Source: an uncultured Candidatus Rokubacteria bacterium
Lineage (GTDB): Bacteria; Methylomirabilota; Methylomirabilia; Rokubacteriales; CSP1-6
Assembly: GCA_963789955.1 (NCBI GenBank)
Contig: CAWBMV010000012.1
Span: 64,001 to 128,000, forward strand
Direction of reading: 5' to 3'
Length of the DNA stretch: 64,000 nucleotides
Shown here: piece by piece, positions 41,532-51,156 of the stretch
How the letters are laid out: the number at the start of each line of letters is the position of its first letter
How positions within the stretch are numbered: the first letter of the stretch is position 1
The notes under the pieces: generated by a model
Told to the model about the DNA's origin: nothing
Seen by the model: only the letters and a program-made list of their open reading frames with translations
Database searches by the model: none
Made by a program: the position numbers and the translations under genes

Positions 41532-42752
41532 CTAGCCGAGCGGCCCCTGGAAGACCTGATCGACATACGTGTCGGAGAGAGGCTCGAGCGTCTCCGGCCA
41601 CGCGCCGTTGACAGCCCGCCGCTGGGCGGCGGGGCGCACGGCGCCGTCCCAGCCGACCTGTTCCATGTAGTAGTAGAGCTGCACGCAGTGCCCGTCGGGG
41701 TCGAGCGCGAACGCCGAGTAGTCGATGCCCGGATAGAGCTCGGGCGGGATCGAGTCGACGAACTTCACGCCGCGGGACTTCAAGAACTCCACGCCCTGAC
41801 GGAGCTGGGTGTAGCTGCCGACCTCGACGCCGAACGACATGCACGTCGTGTGCTCGGAGAGCCCGAGCGTGCGCCGCAGCTCGCGCGGGAAGAGCCCGAC
41901 GCTGTGGTGCTCGGCCCCCGCGCGCAGGAACACGCAGCGCGCGCCGCGATAGGTGGTCTCCTCGCTCTTCACGAATCCGAGGTGCCCGGTGTAGAAGGCC
42001 TCGGCGCGCGCGACGTCGGCGACGAACAAGCCGACCGGGCCGATCTTGGTGATCTTGAACGGGCGCGGCAGCAGCACGCCCTCGACGTCGTACGTCTCGT
42101 CGAGTGTTTCGCGCGTGCGGTTGCCGGAGAAGATGTCGATGCCCTTGTCGAGCGCCTCGGCGACCTCGGTGATCTCGGAGACCTGGGGCAGCGACGGCTT
42201 CTCGCGGAAGCCGCGATAGTACATCTCGGTGGGTTTGCTGAGCTGATTCCAGCCGATCTGCTCGATGCCGTAGTAGAGCTCGATCGTGTGGCCGTCCGGG
42301 TCGTAGACGTAGACGTGCCAGTTGCTGCCCGGCATGTCTCGTCCCACGCGCTGGATGGTGACGCCCTGATCCTGGAAGTACGAGTGGGCGTCCATGATCT
42401 CCTTGAGGCTGCCGCACTGCCAGGTGATCTGATTGACCGTCACCTCCGGCGCGAACTTCCGATCGGGCCGGTGGTCCAGCACCTTCTTGTTGAAGAGCAC
42501 GAAGGCGTGATGGTCCGTGCCGTAGCGCATGAAGTAGCCGCGCGTGTCGCCGAGGTCGGCGCCCTTCGGGGCCCAGGGCATCTTGCCGAAGTCGAGGACG
42601 TCGGAGTGCTTGAAGCCGAGCAGGTCACGGTAGAAGTCTCGCGACTCGTCCATCCGGACCGCGTTGAAGCCGAAATGCCCGAGCCGCCGGATCTTGAAGG
42701 GGCGCGGCATGATGACGCCGCCCACGTTGAAGCGCTTGCCGTTCGATGCCAT
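41532..42752 (-). CDS. Two-module VOC protein, extradiol dioxygenase-like
   Basis: Internal duplication: PRPFKI..TDHH..DPDGHTIELYY / PRPFKI..EHH..DPDGHCVQLYY; AGGAGG SD. Confidence 0.85.
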   Translation of the reverse strand: MASNGKRFNVGGVIMPRPFKIRRLGHFGFNAVRMDESRDFYRDLLGFKHSDVLDFGKMPWAPKGADLGDTRGYFMRYGTDHHAFVLFNKKVLDHRPDRKFAPEVTVNQITWQCGSLKEIMDAHSYFQDQGVTIQRVGRDMPGSNWHVYVYDPDGHTIELYYGIEQIGWNQLSKPTEMYYRGFREKPSLPQVSEITEVAEALDKGIDIFSGNRTRETLDETYDVEGVLLPRPFKITKIGPVGLFVADVARAEAFYTGHLGFVKSEETTYRGARCVFLRAGAEHHSVGLFPRELRRTLGLSEHTTCMSFGVEVGSYTQLRQGVEFLKSRGVKFVDSIPPELYPGIDYSAFALDPDGHCVQLYYYMEQVGWDGAVRPAAQRRAVNGAWPETLEPLSDTYVDQVFQGPLG

Positions 42753-42764
42753 GGTTCGTTCCTC

Positions 42765-43205
42765 CTAGCCTGCTCCGCCCTTTTCAATGCCGGTCGCGCG
42801 GTCCACCGAGAGGGAACCCGGTCCGGTCAACAAGATCACCAGCGCCATCACGCCGAAGGCGAGCGGGAGCTCGAAGCCGTTCTTCGAAGCGAAGAAGCCG
42901 TTGGGCATGTGTACCTTGGCGATCGCGACCCCCATGTCGATGACGAGGCCGGCAGCCCAGAAGCGCGTCAGAAAGCCGAGGACGAGGCAGATGCCGCCGA
43001 CGAACTCGGTGATCGAGAGAACCCACGCCAGGATCTGGGCGGGCTCGAGACCGAGCTTCGTGAGCATGCCGGCGACTCCGGCGATTCCTGGGCCGCCGAA
43101 CGCACCCAGGAGCTTCTGCGATCCGTGCATCATGAAGGCGAACCCCAGGAACAGCCTCAGGATCAGGACGGCCAACCGCTCCAACCCCTCGAGCCGTTGT
43201 GGCAC
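42765..43205 (-). CDS. DoxX-family membrane protein
   Basis: LR..LG..F..HGSQKL, EF.GG..L.LG..TR, GPGSLSVD; GGGAGG SD. Confidence 0.9.
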   Translation of the reverse strand: MPQRLEGLERLAVLILRLFLGFAFMMHGSQKLLGAFGGPGIAGVAGMLTKLGLEPAQILAWVLSITEFVGGICLVLGFLTRFWAAGLVIDMGVAIAKVHMPNGFFASKNGFELPLAFGVMALVILLTGPGSLSVDRATGIEKGGAG

Positions 43206-43307
43206 GGACGACCTCCCTTTCTCTCGGGCCCGTCAGGCCCGAACCTGAACCTCGGCGCAGCGCGTGGATCGCTCGCTTCACGAGCGAGGATGCCTGGAGC
43301 GGGGCCC

Positions 43308-43695
43308 CTATCGCAAGATTCTGTTTCGCTCCGGCTCAGTCGGACCGCCGAGCCCGTCGGCGCGAGCGGTGCCGTGACGCCGTCGCCGCCAGAGACGGTA
43401 GCCGACGATCGCCGAGGAGCCCGGCGGGCACGATCAGGAAGAAGGCCCGCTGGCGTCCGAGCCATTCGAGGATCTCCTCGACCTGGTCGCTGAAGACATG
43501 CCCGAGCACGACCCATAAGGCGGCATAGGCCAGCGAGCCCGCCAGGTCGTACAGCACGAAGCGGCGATAGGCGAAATGCCCGAGCGCTCAAGATGGCGGC
43601 GAACAGCCGATCGCGTCGATCGCGCTCACGACGAAGACGGTCAGATAGAGGTGGGGGACCAGGAACAGCACGAACCGATCGGTCGCGGCTTCCAT
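43308..43695 (-). pseudogene. DedA/VTT-family membrane protein remnant with internal deletion
   Basis: MEAATDRFVLFLVPHLYLTVFVVSAIDAIG joined to LFAAILS..YRRFVLYDLAGSLAYAALWVVLG; frameshifts. Confidence 0.6.
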
Positions 43696-43703
43696 CGACC
43701 GAC

Positions 43704-44585
43704 TCAGCGGGCCAGGAAGCTCCGGACGATACGCAGGAATTCCGCGAGCCGATCGTGATGGAGCCAATGGCCGGCGCCGTCGATGCCCATCACCTGCGCA
43801 TGGCGGAAGTGCGCGGCCCGTCCGTCCTCGACGGGATTGCCGGCGCGGCTCTCCTTACCGTAGAGGAGCAGGGTGGGGCACGTGATGCGCGACCACAGCA
43901 GCTGGATGTCCTGGCCGCGCATGTCATAGGGCGGCCACGCGCGAACGTAGTTGTCGAACTTCCAGCTGTGCGTCCCATCCTCGTTCTGGTTGGCGCCGTG
44001 CACCGTCAGATGACGGGCCTGCTCGGCGGTGAGACGCGGGTTCTCTTCCTGCATGCGGTGAAGGGCGTCCTCGATCGAGTTGTAGCGTCGCGGCAGCCGG
44101 CCGGCGAGACCGCGCTGCTCGCCGATCCACTCGTCCATGCGCTCGACGATCGTCTTCGTCTTGAACTTCTCGAGCTGGGCGGGCGAGGGCCCGAGGCCTT
44201 CGATGGCCACGAGCCGGGCGACGGTGTCGGGATAGAGGCCCGCGTAGCGCAAAGCGATCTGGCCGCCGAGCGAGTGGGCGATGATCGTCACCGGCGCCAG
44301 GTGCTGCTGGTGGACGAGCTGAGCCAGGTCGTAGATGTAGCCGGCGATGGTGTAGCTGCCGTCGCTCGACCACGCGCTGTCGCCGTGGCCCCGCAGGTCG
44401 GGCGCCAGGATGTGCCAGTCGTCGCGCAGTGCCTCGGCCGCCCAGTCCCAGTTGCGACAGTGGTCGCGGCCGCCGTGCAGCATCACCATCGGGGGCTTCG
44501 TCGAGTTGCCCCAGTCGACGTAGTGCAGGCGCAGGCGCTGCGAGAAGAATGTGTGGGACGTCGGTCCCGGCATGCGGCCGGTCAT
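43704..44585 (-). CDS. Alpha/beta hydrolase
   Basis: LHGG, DLRGHGDS, AHSLGG, AGHWLHHD. Confidence 0.92.
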   Translation of the reverse strand: MTGRMPGPTSHTFFSQRLRLHYVDWGNSTKPPMVMLHGGRDHCRNWDWAAEALRDDWHILAPDLRGHGDSAWSSDGSYTIAGYIYDLAQLVHQQHLAPVTIIAHSLGGQIALRYAGLYPDTVARLVAIEGLGPSPAQLEKFKTKTIVERMDEWIGEQRGLAGRLPRRYNSIEDALHRMQEENPRLTAEQARHLTVHGANQNEDGTHSWKFDNYVRAWPPYDMRGQDIQLLWSRITCPTLLLYGKESRAGNPVEDGRAAHFRHAQVMGIDGAGHWLHHDRLAEFLRIVRSFLAR

Positions 44586-44640
44586 GGGTCGCCTTCTATG
44601 CTAGCATCCCGACCGTTCGAGTCCTTACAGGGAGGAAGCG

Positions 44641-44976
44641 ATGGGGACATTTCGGATGTACGCGGGCGCCGATCAGCAGGCGCACATCGAGAAGATCGAG
44701 CTCAAGGCGAAGCCGGACTGGCTGAAGGGACTTGCCGCGAGCCAGATCACGTTCCGCGAGTGGCCGGCCGGCCAGTTTCTCGACTGGCACCCGGCGCCGC
44801 GGCGTCAGTTCGTGATCATCCTTTCTGGACAGCTCGAGATCGGCCTGGGTGACGGCTCGAAGCACGTGTTTGGACCGGGCGACGCACGACTCGTCGAAGA
44901 CACCACGGGCAAGGGGCATACCACGCGCGTGCTCGGTGACCAGATCTGTGTGACGGCGACCGTCCCGCTGGCGTAG
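44641..44976 (+). CDS. Small cupin-like protein
   Basis: WHPAPRRQF..LSG.LE..GDG....GPGD..L.EDTTGKGH; GGAGG SD. Confidence 0.85.
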   Translation: MGTFRMYAGADQQAHIEKIELKAKPDWLKGLAASQITFREWPAGQFLDWHPAPRRQFVIILSGQLEIGLGDGSKHVFGPGDARLVEDTTGKGHTTRVLGDQICVTATVPLA

Positions 44977-45007
44977 CCGCCTCGTCAAACCTCAAAAGGA
45001 GCCGGAT

Positions 45008-45991
45008 ATGGCGACCAAGATCCTCTTCATTCCCAAGCAACCCGACGCGATCCTCGACATGGCGCGCAAGCTGACGCCTCCCGGCTTCGAGCTCGTGGTC
45101 GTCGACCAGGACACCCCGGAGTTTTACGAGGCGGTCAAGGACGCGGAGTACGTCATGGGGCTCGGCCGCCCGATCGCCGGCGAGTTCTTCCGCTCGGCGC
45201 CGAAGCTCAAGCTCGTCCAGCTCCTCAGCGCCGGGTACGACCGTGTCGACATCGAGTCGGCGCGGAAGGCCAAGGTGCCCGTCGCGAACAACGGCGGCGC
45301 CAACGCGATCGCCGTGTCCGAGCACGCGATCATGCTGATGCTCGCGGTCCTGAAGCGGCTGGTCGTGTTCCACAACGACGTCGTCGCCGGTAAGTGGCGC
45401 GTGGGCAACCACCTCGACTCGCGGGTGTTCGAGCTGCACGGCAAGACGCTCGGCATCGTCGGCCTCGGCAACATCGGCAAGAAGGTCGCCCGGCTGGCGC
45501 ACGCGTTCAACATGAACGTCCTGTACTACGACGTCGCGCGACTCACCGAGGACCAGGAAGACGCCCTCGGCGTCCGCTTCGTGCTCTTCACCGAGCTTCT
45601 GCAGGCGGCGGACATCGTCAGCCTGCACGTGCCGCTCGACGAGAGCACGCGCAATCTCATCGGCGCGCGCGAGCTGGCGATGATGAAGAAGACCGCGATC
45701 CTCATCAACACCTGCCGCGGGCCGGTCGTCGACGAGGCGGCGCTTCACAAGGCGCTGACGAGCGGACAGATCCTGGCCGCCGGGCTCGACGTGCTGGTCG
45801 AGGAGCCGGCGAAGGCCAATCATCCGCTCTATGCGCTGAAGAACGTGACCCTCACCCCGCACTCGGCCGGACCGACCTGGGAGAACTGGTCGGCGCGCTT
45901 CCGCAACGGCTTCGACAACATCCAGCGCGTTGCGACGGGTCGCGCGCCGAAGTGGGTGATCCCGGAGCTACTCACGCCGCCGGGAGCCTAG
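45008..45991 (+). CDS. D-2-hydroxyacid dehydrogenase
   Basis: GIVGLGNIG, SLHVP, INTCRG, GLDV, TPH. Confidence 0.93.
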   Translation: MATKILFIPKQPDAILDMARKLTPPGFELVVVDQDTPEFYEAVKDAEYVMGLGRPIAGEFFRSAPKLKLVQLLSAGYDRVDIESARKAKVPVANNGGANAIAVSEHAIMLMLAVLKRLVVFHNDVVAGKWRVGNHLDSRVFELHGKTLGIVGLGNIGKKVARLAHAFNMNVLYYDVARLTEDQEDALGVRFVLFTELLQAADIVSLHVPLDESTRNLIGARELAMMKKTAILINTCRGPVVDEAALHKALTSGQILAAGLDVLVEEPAKANHPLYALKNVTLTPHSAGPTWENWSARFRNGFDNIQRVATGRAPKWVIPELLTPPGA

Positions 45992-45993
45992 CG

Positions 45994-46788
45994 GTGGTCG
46001 ATCTGGGCCAGTCGCTCGCGGATCGGGTCGCGATCGTCACCGGCGCCGCGCGCGGCATCGGCCGCGCCACGGCGCTGGCGCTGGGGCGGGCCGGCGCGCA
46101 CGTCGTCGCGGTCGACCTCGAAGAGGCGGCCGCGAAGGCGACCGCCGACGGAGTCAGCGCGCTCGGGCGCAAGGCGCTGGCCCTGGGCGCCGACGTCGGG
46201 GATCTCAAGAGTATCGACACGATGACCCGGCGGACGATGGACACGTTCGGTCAGATCGACGTGCTCGTGAACAACGCCGGTGTCACGCGGCGCGCCTACA
46301 TCATGGATCTCACCGAAGAGGACTGGGATCGCATCATGCGCGTCAACGGCAAGGGCGTCTTCTTCAGCTTGCAGCGAGTCGCGCGCGAGATGATCCCGCG
46401 GCGCCGGGGCGTCATCGTGAACATCGCGTCCATTGCCGGCAAAGGATTCGCCGGCGCCTCGAACGTGATCTATGCCGGCACCAAGGGCGCCGTCATCAGC
46501 ATGACCCGCATGGCGTCACTCCAGCTCGCCCCGCACAACATCAACGTGAACGCGATCTGTCCGGGCACGACCCTGAGCGCGCTCTCGGAGGCGAATTTGC
46601 GGGTGCGCGCGGCCTCGGAGGGGGTCACGGTCGAAGAGATGGAGAGGCGGCGGAACGCCGCCATCCCGCTCGGGCGGCCGAACGAGCCCGAGGATGTCGC
46701 CGCGCTGGCCGTGTTCCTCGCCTCTCCTGGGGCGCGCAACATCACCGGCCAGTCGTTCAACGTGGACGGCGGCATCATCTTCGACTGA
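45994..46788 (+). CDS. Short-chain dehydrogenase/reductase
   Basis: TGAARGIG, NNAG, YAGTK, ITGQSFNVDGG. Confidence 0.92.
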   Translation: MVDLGQSLADRVAIVTGAARGIGRATALALGRAGAHVVAVDLEEAAAKATADGVSALGRKALALGADVGDLKSIDTMTRRTMDTFGQIDVLVNNAGVTRRAYIMDLTEEDWDRIMRVNGKGVFFSLQRVAREMIPRRRGVIVNIASIAGKGFAGASNVIYAGTKGAVISMTRMASLQLAPHNINVNAICPGTTLSALSEANLRVRAASEGVTVEEMERRRNAAIPLGRPNEPEDVAALAVFLASPGARNITGQSFNVDGGIIFD

Positions 46789-46892
46789 GCGCCGGCGGAA
46801 CGGCAGGCACGGGGGTCTCCTGAATTGATAAGATAGATGTGTTCAAGGAGCTGAAAGCTCCGGCTTAACCTGCCTTCAGGCAGGAGGCCTTT

Positions 46893-47321
46893 GTGGAAAC
46901 CATTTTGCTGGTGGACGACGAGGCCGACATCCTTGCCACGGCCCGCGAAATGCTCGAAGGGCAAGGGTTCGAGATCCTCGACGCGCTCGATGCCGAAGAT
47001 GCGGTGCGCGTCGCCGCCGCGTATTCCGGCCCCATCCATCTCCTGCTCACCGACGTCGTGATGCCCGGCGCGAGCGGCCAGGATCTGGCGCAGATGCTGG
47101 GACTGCAACGCCCCGATCTGCGAGTCCTCTACATGTCGAGCTTCGCGATCATCAAGGGGCAGCGCCAGTTCGCGGAGACCGAGACGGGGCTGGAGCTCGG
47201 CGCCCCGATCCTTCTCAAGCCCTTCACCGAAGAGCGTCTCATCGAGAAGGTGCACGAGGTGCTCGACGCCAAACCGCCCTCGCCGTTCGACCAGCCGCCC
47301 GATCCGTGGCGAAACGTCTAG
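46893..47321 (+). CDS. Stand-alone response regulator receiver domain
   Basis: ILLVDDE, LLTDVVMP, MS, LKPF; AGGAGG SD. Confidence 0.9.
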   Translation: METILLVDDEADILATAREMLEGQGFEILDALDAEDAVRVAAAYSGPIHLLLTDVVMPGASGQDLAQMLGLQRPDLRVLYMSSFAIIKGQRQFAETETGLELGAPILLKPFTEERLIEKVHEVLDAKPPSPFDQPPDPWRNV

Positions 47322-47331
47322 GACGCGTCGC

Positions 47332-49651
47332 CTAGAGTCCCGAACGCTCCTCGGTCGGCGGCGGATCGTAAGCGCGAACCGGCGGCAGCGGGCCCGTCCA
47401 ACGCTCGACCTCGACGAGCGCGTGCTGCCCCGAGCACCCCTGGGCCAGCTTCGAGGTGCCGCGATCGAAGGTGAGGACGTTCGGGTTACCGTGCACGCAC
47501 ATCGCGTCGGGATCGGCCGGATCCAGGGGATCGTACCAGGCGCCCGTCGAGAGCTGCACCACACGCGGGCGTACGGCCGGACTCACCACGGCGCCGGCCA
47601 GGCAGCTCCCGCGCTCGTTGAAGACGCGTACCACGTCTCCGCTCCGGATCCCGCGCGCGGCGGCATCGGCGGGATGCAGACGGATCGGCTCCCGGCCGCG
47701 CACCTTGCTCGACTGGCTGAAGGCGCCGACGTCGAGCTGGCTGTGGAGCCGCGTCGTGGGATTGTTCGCGATGAGCTGGAGCGGGAAGCGCCGGGCGAGC
47801 GGCGCGCCGAGCCACTCGACGGGCTCGAGCCAGGTCGGGTGGCCCGGGCAATCGTCGTAGCCGAATCCATCGATCGTCGCCGAGAAGATCTCGAGCCTGC
47901 CGCTCGGTGTGCCGAGCGGTGTTCCTTCGGGGTCGGCCCGGAATTGCTGGAGCAGGACGAGGTCGTCGTCGGCGCCGCCGGTCTCGAAGAAGCCGGTCTC
48001 CCAGAACTTGTCGAATGCCGGCGCCGAGCCGCCGTCGTCCGCCACCCGCGAGCGCCACTCTTCGTAGAGATGTCGTAGCCACGCCTGCTCGTCCCGACCT
48101 TCGGTGAATCGCTCGCCGATTCCGAGCGCGCCCGCGAGGTCGGCGAAGATCGCGAAGTCGCTCCGGGCCTGCGCCCAGGGCTCGACCGCCTGACGCATGG
48201 CGATGAGACAGCCGTCGTTCGGCGAGCCGCCGATGTCGTTCCGCTCGAGCGTCATCGTCGCCGGCAACACGACGTCCGCGTGGCGGGCCATCGGCGTCCA
48301 GAACGAGTCGTGGACGACGATCGTCTCCGGCCTGGCGAGCGCGCGGCGCAGGCGGGCCAGGTCTTGATGGTGATGGAAGGGATTGCCGCCGCACCAGTAG
48401 ACGAGGCGAATGTCCGGGTAGGTGAGCCGCCGCCCGTCGAAGTCGAACGGCTCGCCCGGGCCGAGCAGCATGTCCGCCACGCGCGCGAACGGAATGAAGT
48501 CGCTGACGGAGTTGCGGCCCTGCGGCAAGGTCGGCGGGCCCACACGCATCGGCGCGCGACCGATGTAGCCGAGCGAACCGTAGCCCTGGCCGAAGCCACC
48601 GCCGGGCAGCCCGATCTGGCCGAGCATGGCCGCCAGGGTCACCGCGAGCCACGGCGCCTGCTCGCCGTGCTCGATGCGCTGGAGCGAGTAGTTGACGTTG
48701 ATGAGGGTCCGCTTCGCGGCCATGCGCCGGGCGAGCGCGCGGATGCTCGCCGCCGGGATCTCGGACAGCCGTTCGGCCCACTCGGGCGTCTTCGGGCATC
48801 CGTCGCCGGCCCCGAGCACGTAGAGCTTCGAACCGCTCGTAGCCGACACAGTAGCGGGTGAGGAACGCGCGGTCGTGCAGGTCTTCGCTGACGAGCGTGT
48901 GCGCGAGTGCCAGCATCACGGCCACGTCCGTGCCCGGCGCGATCGCGAGCCACTCGGCGCTGACGAACCCGGGAAGGTCGTCGCGCACGGGGCTCACCAG
49001 CACGAACTCGGCGCCGCGCTCGCGCGCCCGGCGCAGATGATCGCGCGCCGGATGCCGGCTGGCGCCGCCGGGGCTGACCATCGTGTTCTTGATGGGGATG
49101 CCGCCGAAGCAGAGGAAGAGCTCCGTGTGGCGCTCGAGCACCGACCACGCCGTCGCCCGGTCGAGGAACTCGCGCATCGAGCCGACCACGTGCGGCATGA
49201 TGACCGACTGCGCCCCGTTGCTATAGGTGTGCTCGCCGCGCACGTACCCACCCAGGCAGTTCAGGAAGCGATGGAGCTGCGACTGCGCGTGGTGGAAGCG
49301 TCCGGCGCTGCTCCAGCCGTAGGATCCCCCGTAGACGCTCGAACCGCCGTGGCGCTCGTAGACGCGGCGGAGCTCGAGCCCCAGCCGATCGATGGCGGTC
49401 GCCCAGCTGACGGGCACGAAAGGCTCGGCGCCGCGGCGCGTGTCGGCGCCGGGGCCTCGATCGAGCCAGCCGGCGCGGATCATCGGCTGCGTGATCCTCG
49501 CGCGATGACGCAGACTGTCGACGATGTTGCCGAGCAGCGGGGAGGGATCGGGGTCGTGGCGATAGGGGTGAATCGCCACGACCGTGCCGTCCGCGACTTC
49601 AGCTTCGAATGCGCCCCAGTGAGACGAGTGCGAAACGAGCTCGCGCGCCAT
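47332..49651 (-). CDS. BisC/TorA-type molybdopterin S/N-oxide reductase; frameshift near 48,825
   Basis: HSSHWG, GGSYGWSSAGRFHHAQ, TYS, GGNPFHHHQD, RLHSQ, HGNPNVLT; no Tat signal or Fe-S motif. Confidence 0.92.
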
Positions 49652-49692
49652 GCCCGTCAGGATATCAAAGCGGGCTGCGCGGTCGCCCGAAG

Positions 49693-50310
49693 CTACAGGG
49701 AAGCGGTACGCCGATCGAGCTTCTTGAGGATGCGCTTCACGTAGGCGCGGGTCTCTCGGTACGGCGGGACCCCGCGGTGCTTGATCACGGCCACCTCACC
49801 GGCGTTGTACGCCGCGAGGACGAGCGGCAGATTGTTGCTGCCGAATCGATCCATCAGCGCGCGCAGGTGCCGCACGCCGGCGTCGATATTCGCCCGCGGA
49901 TCGAACGGATCGCGGACTCCGAGCGTTCTCGCGGTCTTGGGCATGAGCTGCATCAGGCCCCGCGCACCCCGTCGCGACACGGCGCGCGGGTTGTTGTCGG
50001 ACTCGGCCTCGATCACGGCGGCGACGAGATCCGCCGGCACTCCGTAGCGAGCCGACACTTCTTTGATGTACGCGTCCATATCGTCTTCGACGTCAGCTTC
50101 TGTATTTCCGGAGGCGGTCTCGACAGGAGCGGCCTCGACGCGGGCCTCCTGGGCGACCGGACGTACGTCACGCCCGCCCGACACGCCCGACACGCCGGAG
50201 AGGAAGTACCCGGCGCTCACCGTCACGAGCAGGACCCCCAGGCCGAGCAAGTGGCGCTCGATGACCCAGTCGGGACCCTGGACTTTTGCGGAACGTCCCA
50301 CGGTATCCAT
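49693..50310 (-). CDS. Lytic transglycosylase (SLT domain), membrane-anchored
   Basis: IEAES, AVS..GA.GLMQLMP, AAYNAG, ETRAYV; start uncertain. Confidence 0.9.
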   Translation of the reverse strand: MDTVGRSAKVQGPDWVIERHLLGLGVLLVTVSAGYFLSGVSGVSGGRDVRPVAQEARVEAAPVETASGNTEADVEDDMDAYIKEVSARYGVPADLVAAVIEAESDNNPRAVSRRGARGLMQLMPKTARTLGVRDPFDPRANIDAGVRHLRALMDRFGSNNLPLVLAAYNAGEVAVIKHRGVPPYRETRAYVKRILKKLDRRTASL

Positions 50311-50478
50311 GCCACTCTGCAGGGGCAAATCCGATACCGAAATGGGACTCTGAAGCCAGATCAAGGGTTTAGCGCTCCGCTGGCCAGGTCTGGGCCGCTC
50401 AGTCCCTGCTCGAAACCGCCCGTCTTGGACCACCGTTTCCGGAAAGGTGACTCAAAATGTCACGCCGGCCGGGAGGCG

Positions 50479-51156
50479 TCAGGAGCCGCGGTATGGCTCG
50501 ACGAACTTGCGCGGGATGCGCCACTCCGACTTGAGCGACACGACGAACGCGACCTGCGCCGGCTCGCCGGCCGCGAGCGGCAGCGGCTTGCCCGTCTTGT
50601 CCGTGTCGCCGCGCAGGCGCGGATGCCAGACGCGCGCTTCGTAGGCGCCGGGCGCGAGACCCTCGAGCCGGGCCTTGCCGTCGGCCGCGGTCTTGACGAA
50701 GTAAGGTGTCGTCAGGACGTAGATGTAGGCCAGCATCCAGTCGTGGATGTTGCAGCCGAGCGCGACGACGCCGGGCTTGTCGAAGACGACCGGCGCCGCG
50801 GGTGTCCCGATGTAGAGCGGCAGCTCGAACTTCTTCGCGGAGGAAAACGAGTACACGTGATGCCGGATGTTGTCGCGGTTGGGAAAGGTCACGCGTGTGC
50901 CGACGTAGACCGGCAGCACGTATGGGACGAACTCCTTGTCGTGCTGGTCCATGAGAGAGGTCGAAGAAGGCGGTGCGGCTGGCGTCGTTCCGAGCGGCGT
51001 CAGGGAGACCACGGCGTCTTCGATCGGCTTGCCCTTTTCGTCCGCCACCATCGCCTCGACCGGGCCGCTCGGCGCCTGCGCCTTCACGCCGGCCCGCGTC
51101 GCGAAGACCACGGTCAGCAAGGCGAGGAGCACGGCGACCGTCAGCCGTCGCGTCAT
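50479..51156 (-). CDS. Exported cupredoxin-like protein (methylamine utilization/MauL-like)
   Basis: Signal peptide; FPN.D..RHHVYS and CNIHDWM supply type-1 copper-like H/C/H/M ligands. Confidence 0.85.
   Translation of the reverse strand: MTRRLTVAVLLALLTVVFATRAGVKAQAPSGPVEAMVADEKGKPIEDAVVSLTPLGTTPAAPPSSTSLMDQHDKEFVPYVLPVYVGTRVTFPNRDNIRHHVYSFSSAKKFELPLYIGTPAAPVVFDKPGVVALGCNIHDWMLAYIYVLTTPYFVKTAADGKARLEGLAPGAYEARVWHPRLRGDTDKTGKPLPLAAGEPAQVAFVVSLKSEWRIPRKFVEPYRGS

Noticed and set aside
3260..48830. Programmed ribosomal frameshifting
   Set aside because: No shared slippery sequence noticed; the affected genes are unrelated families
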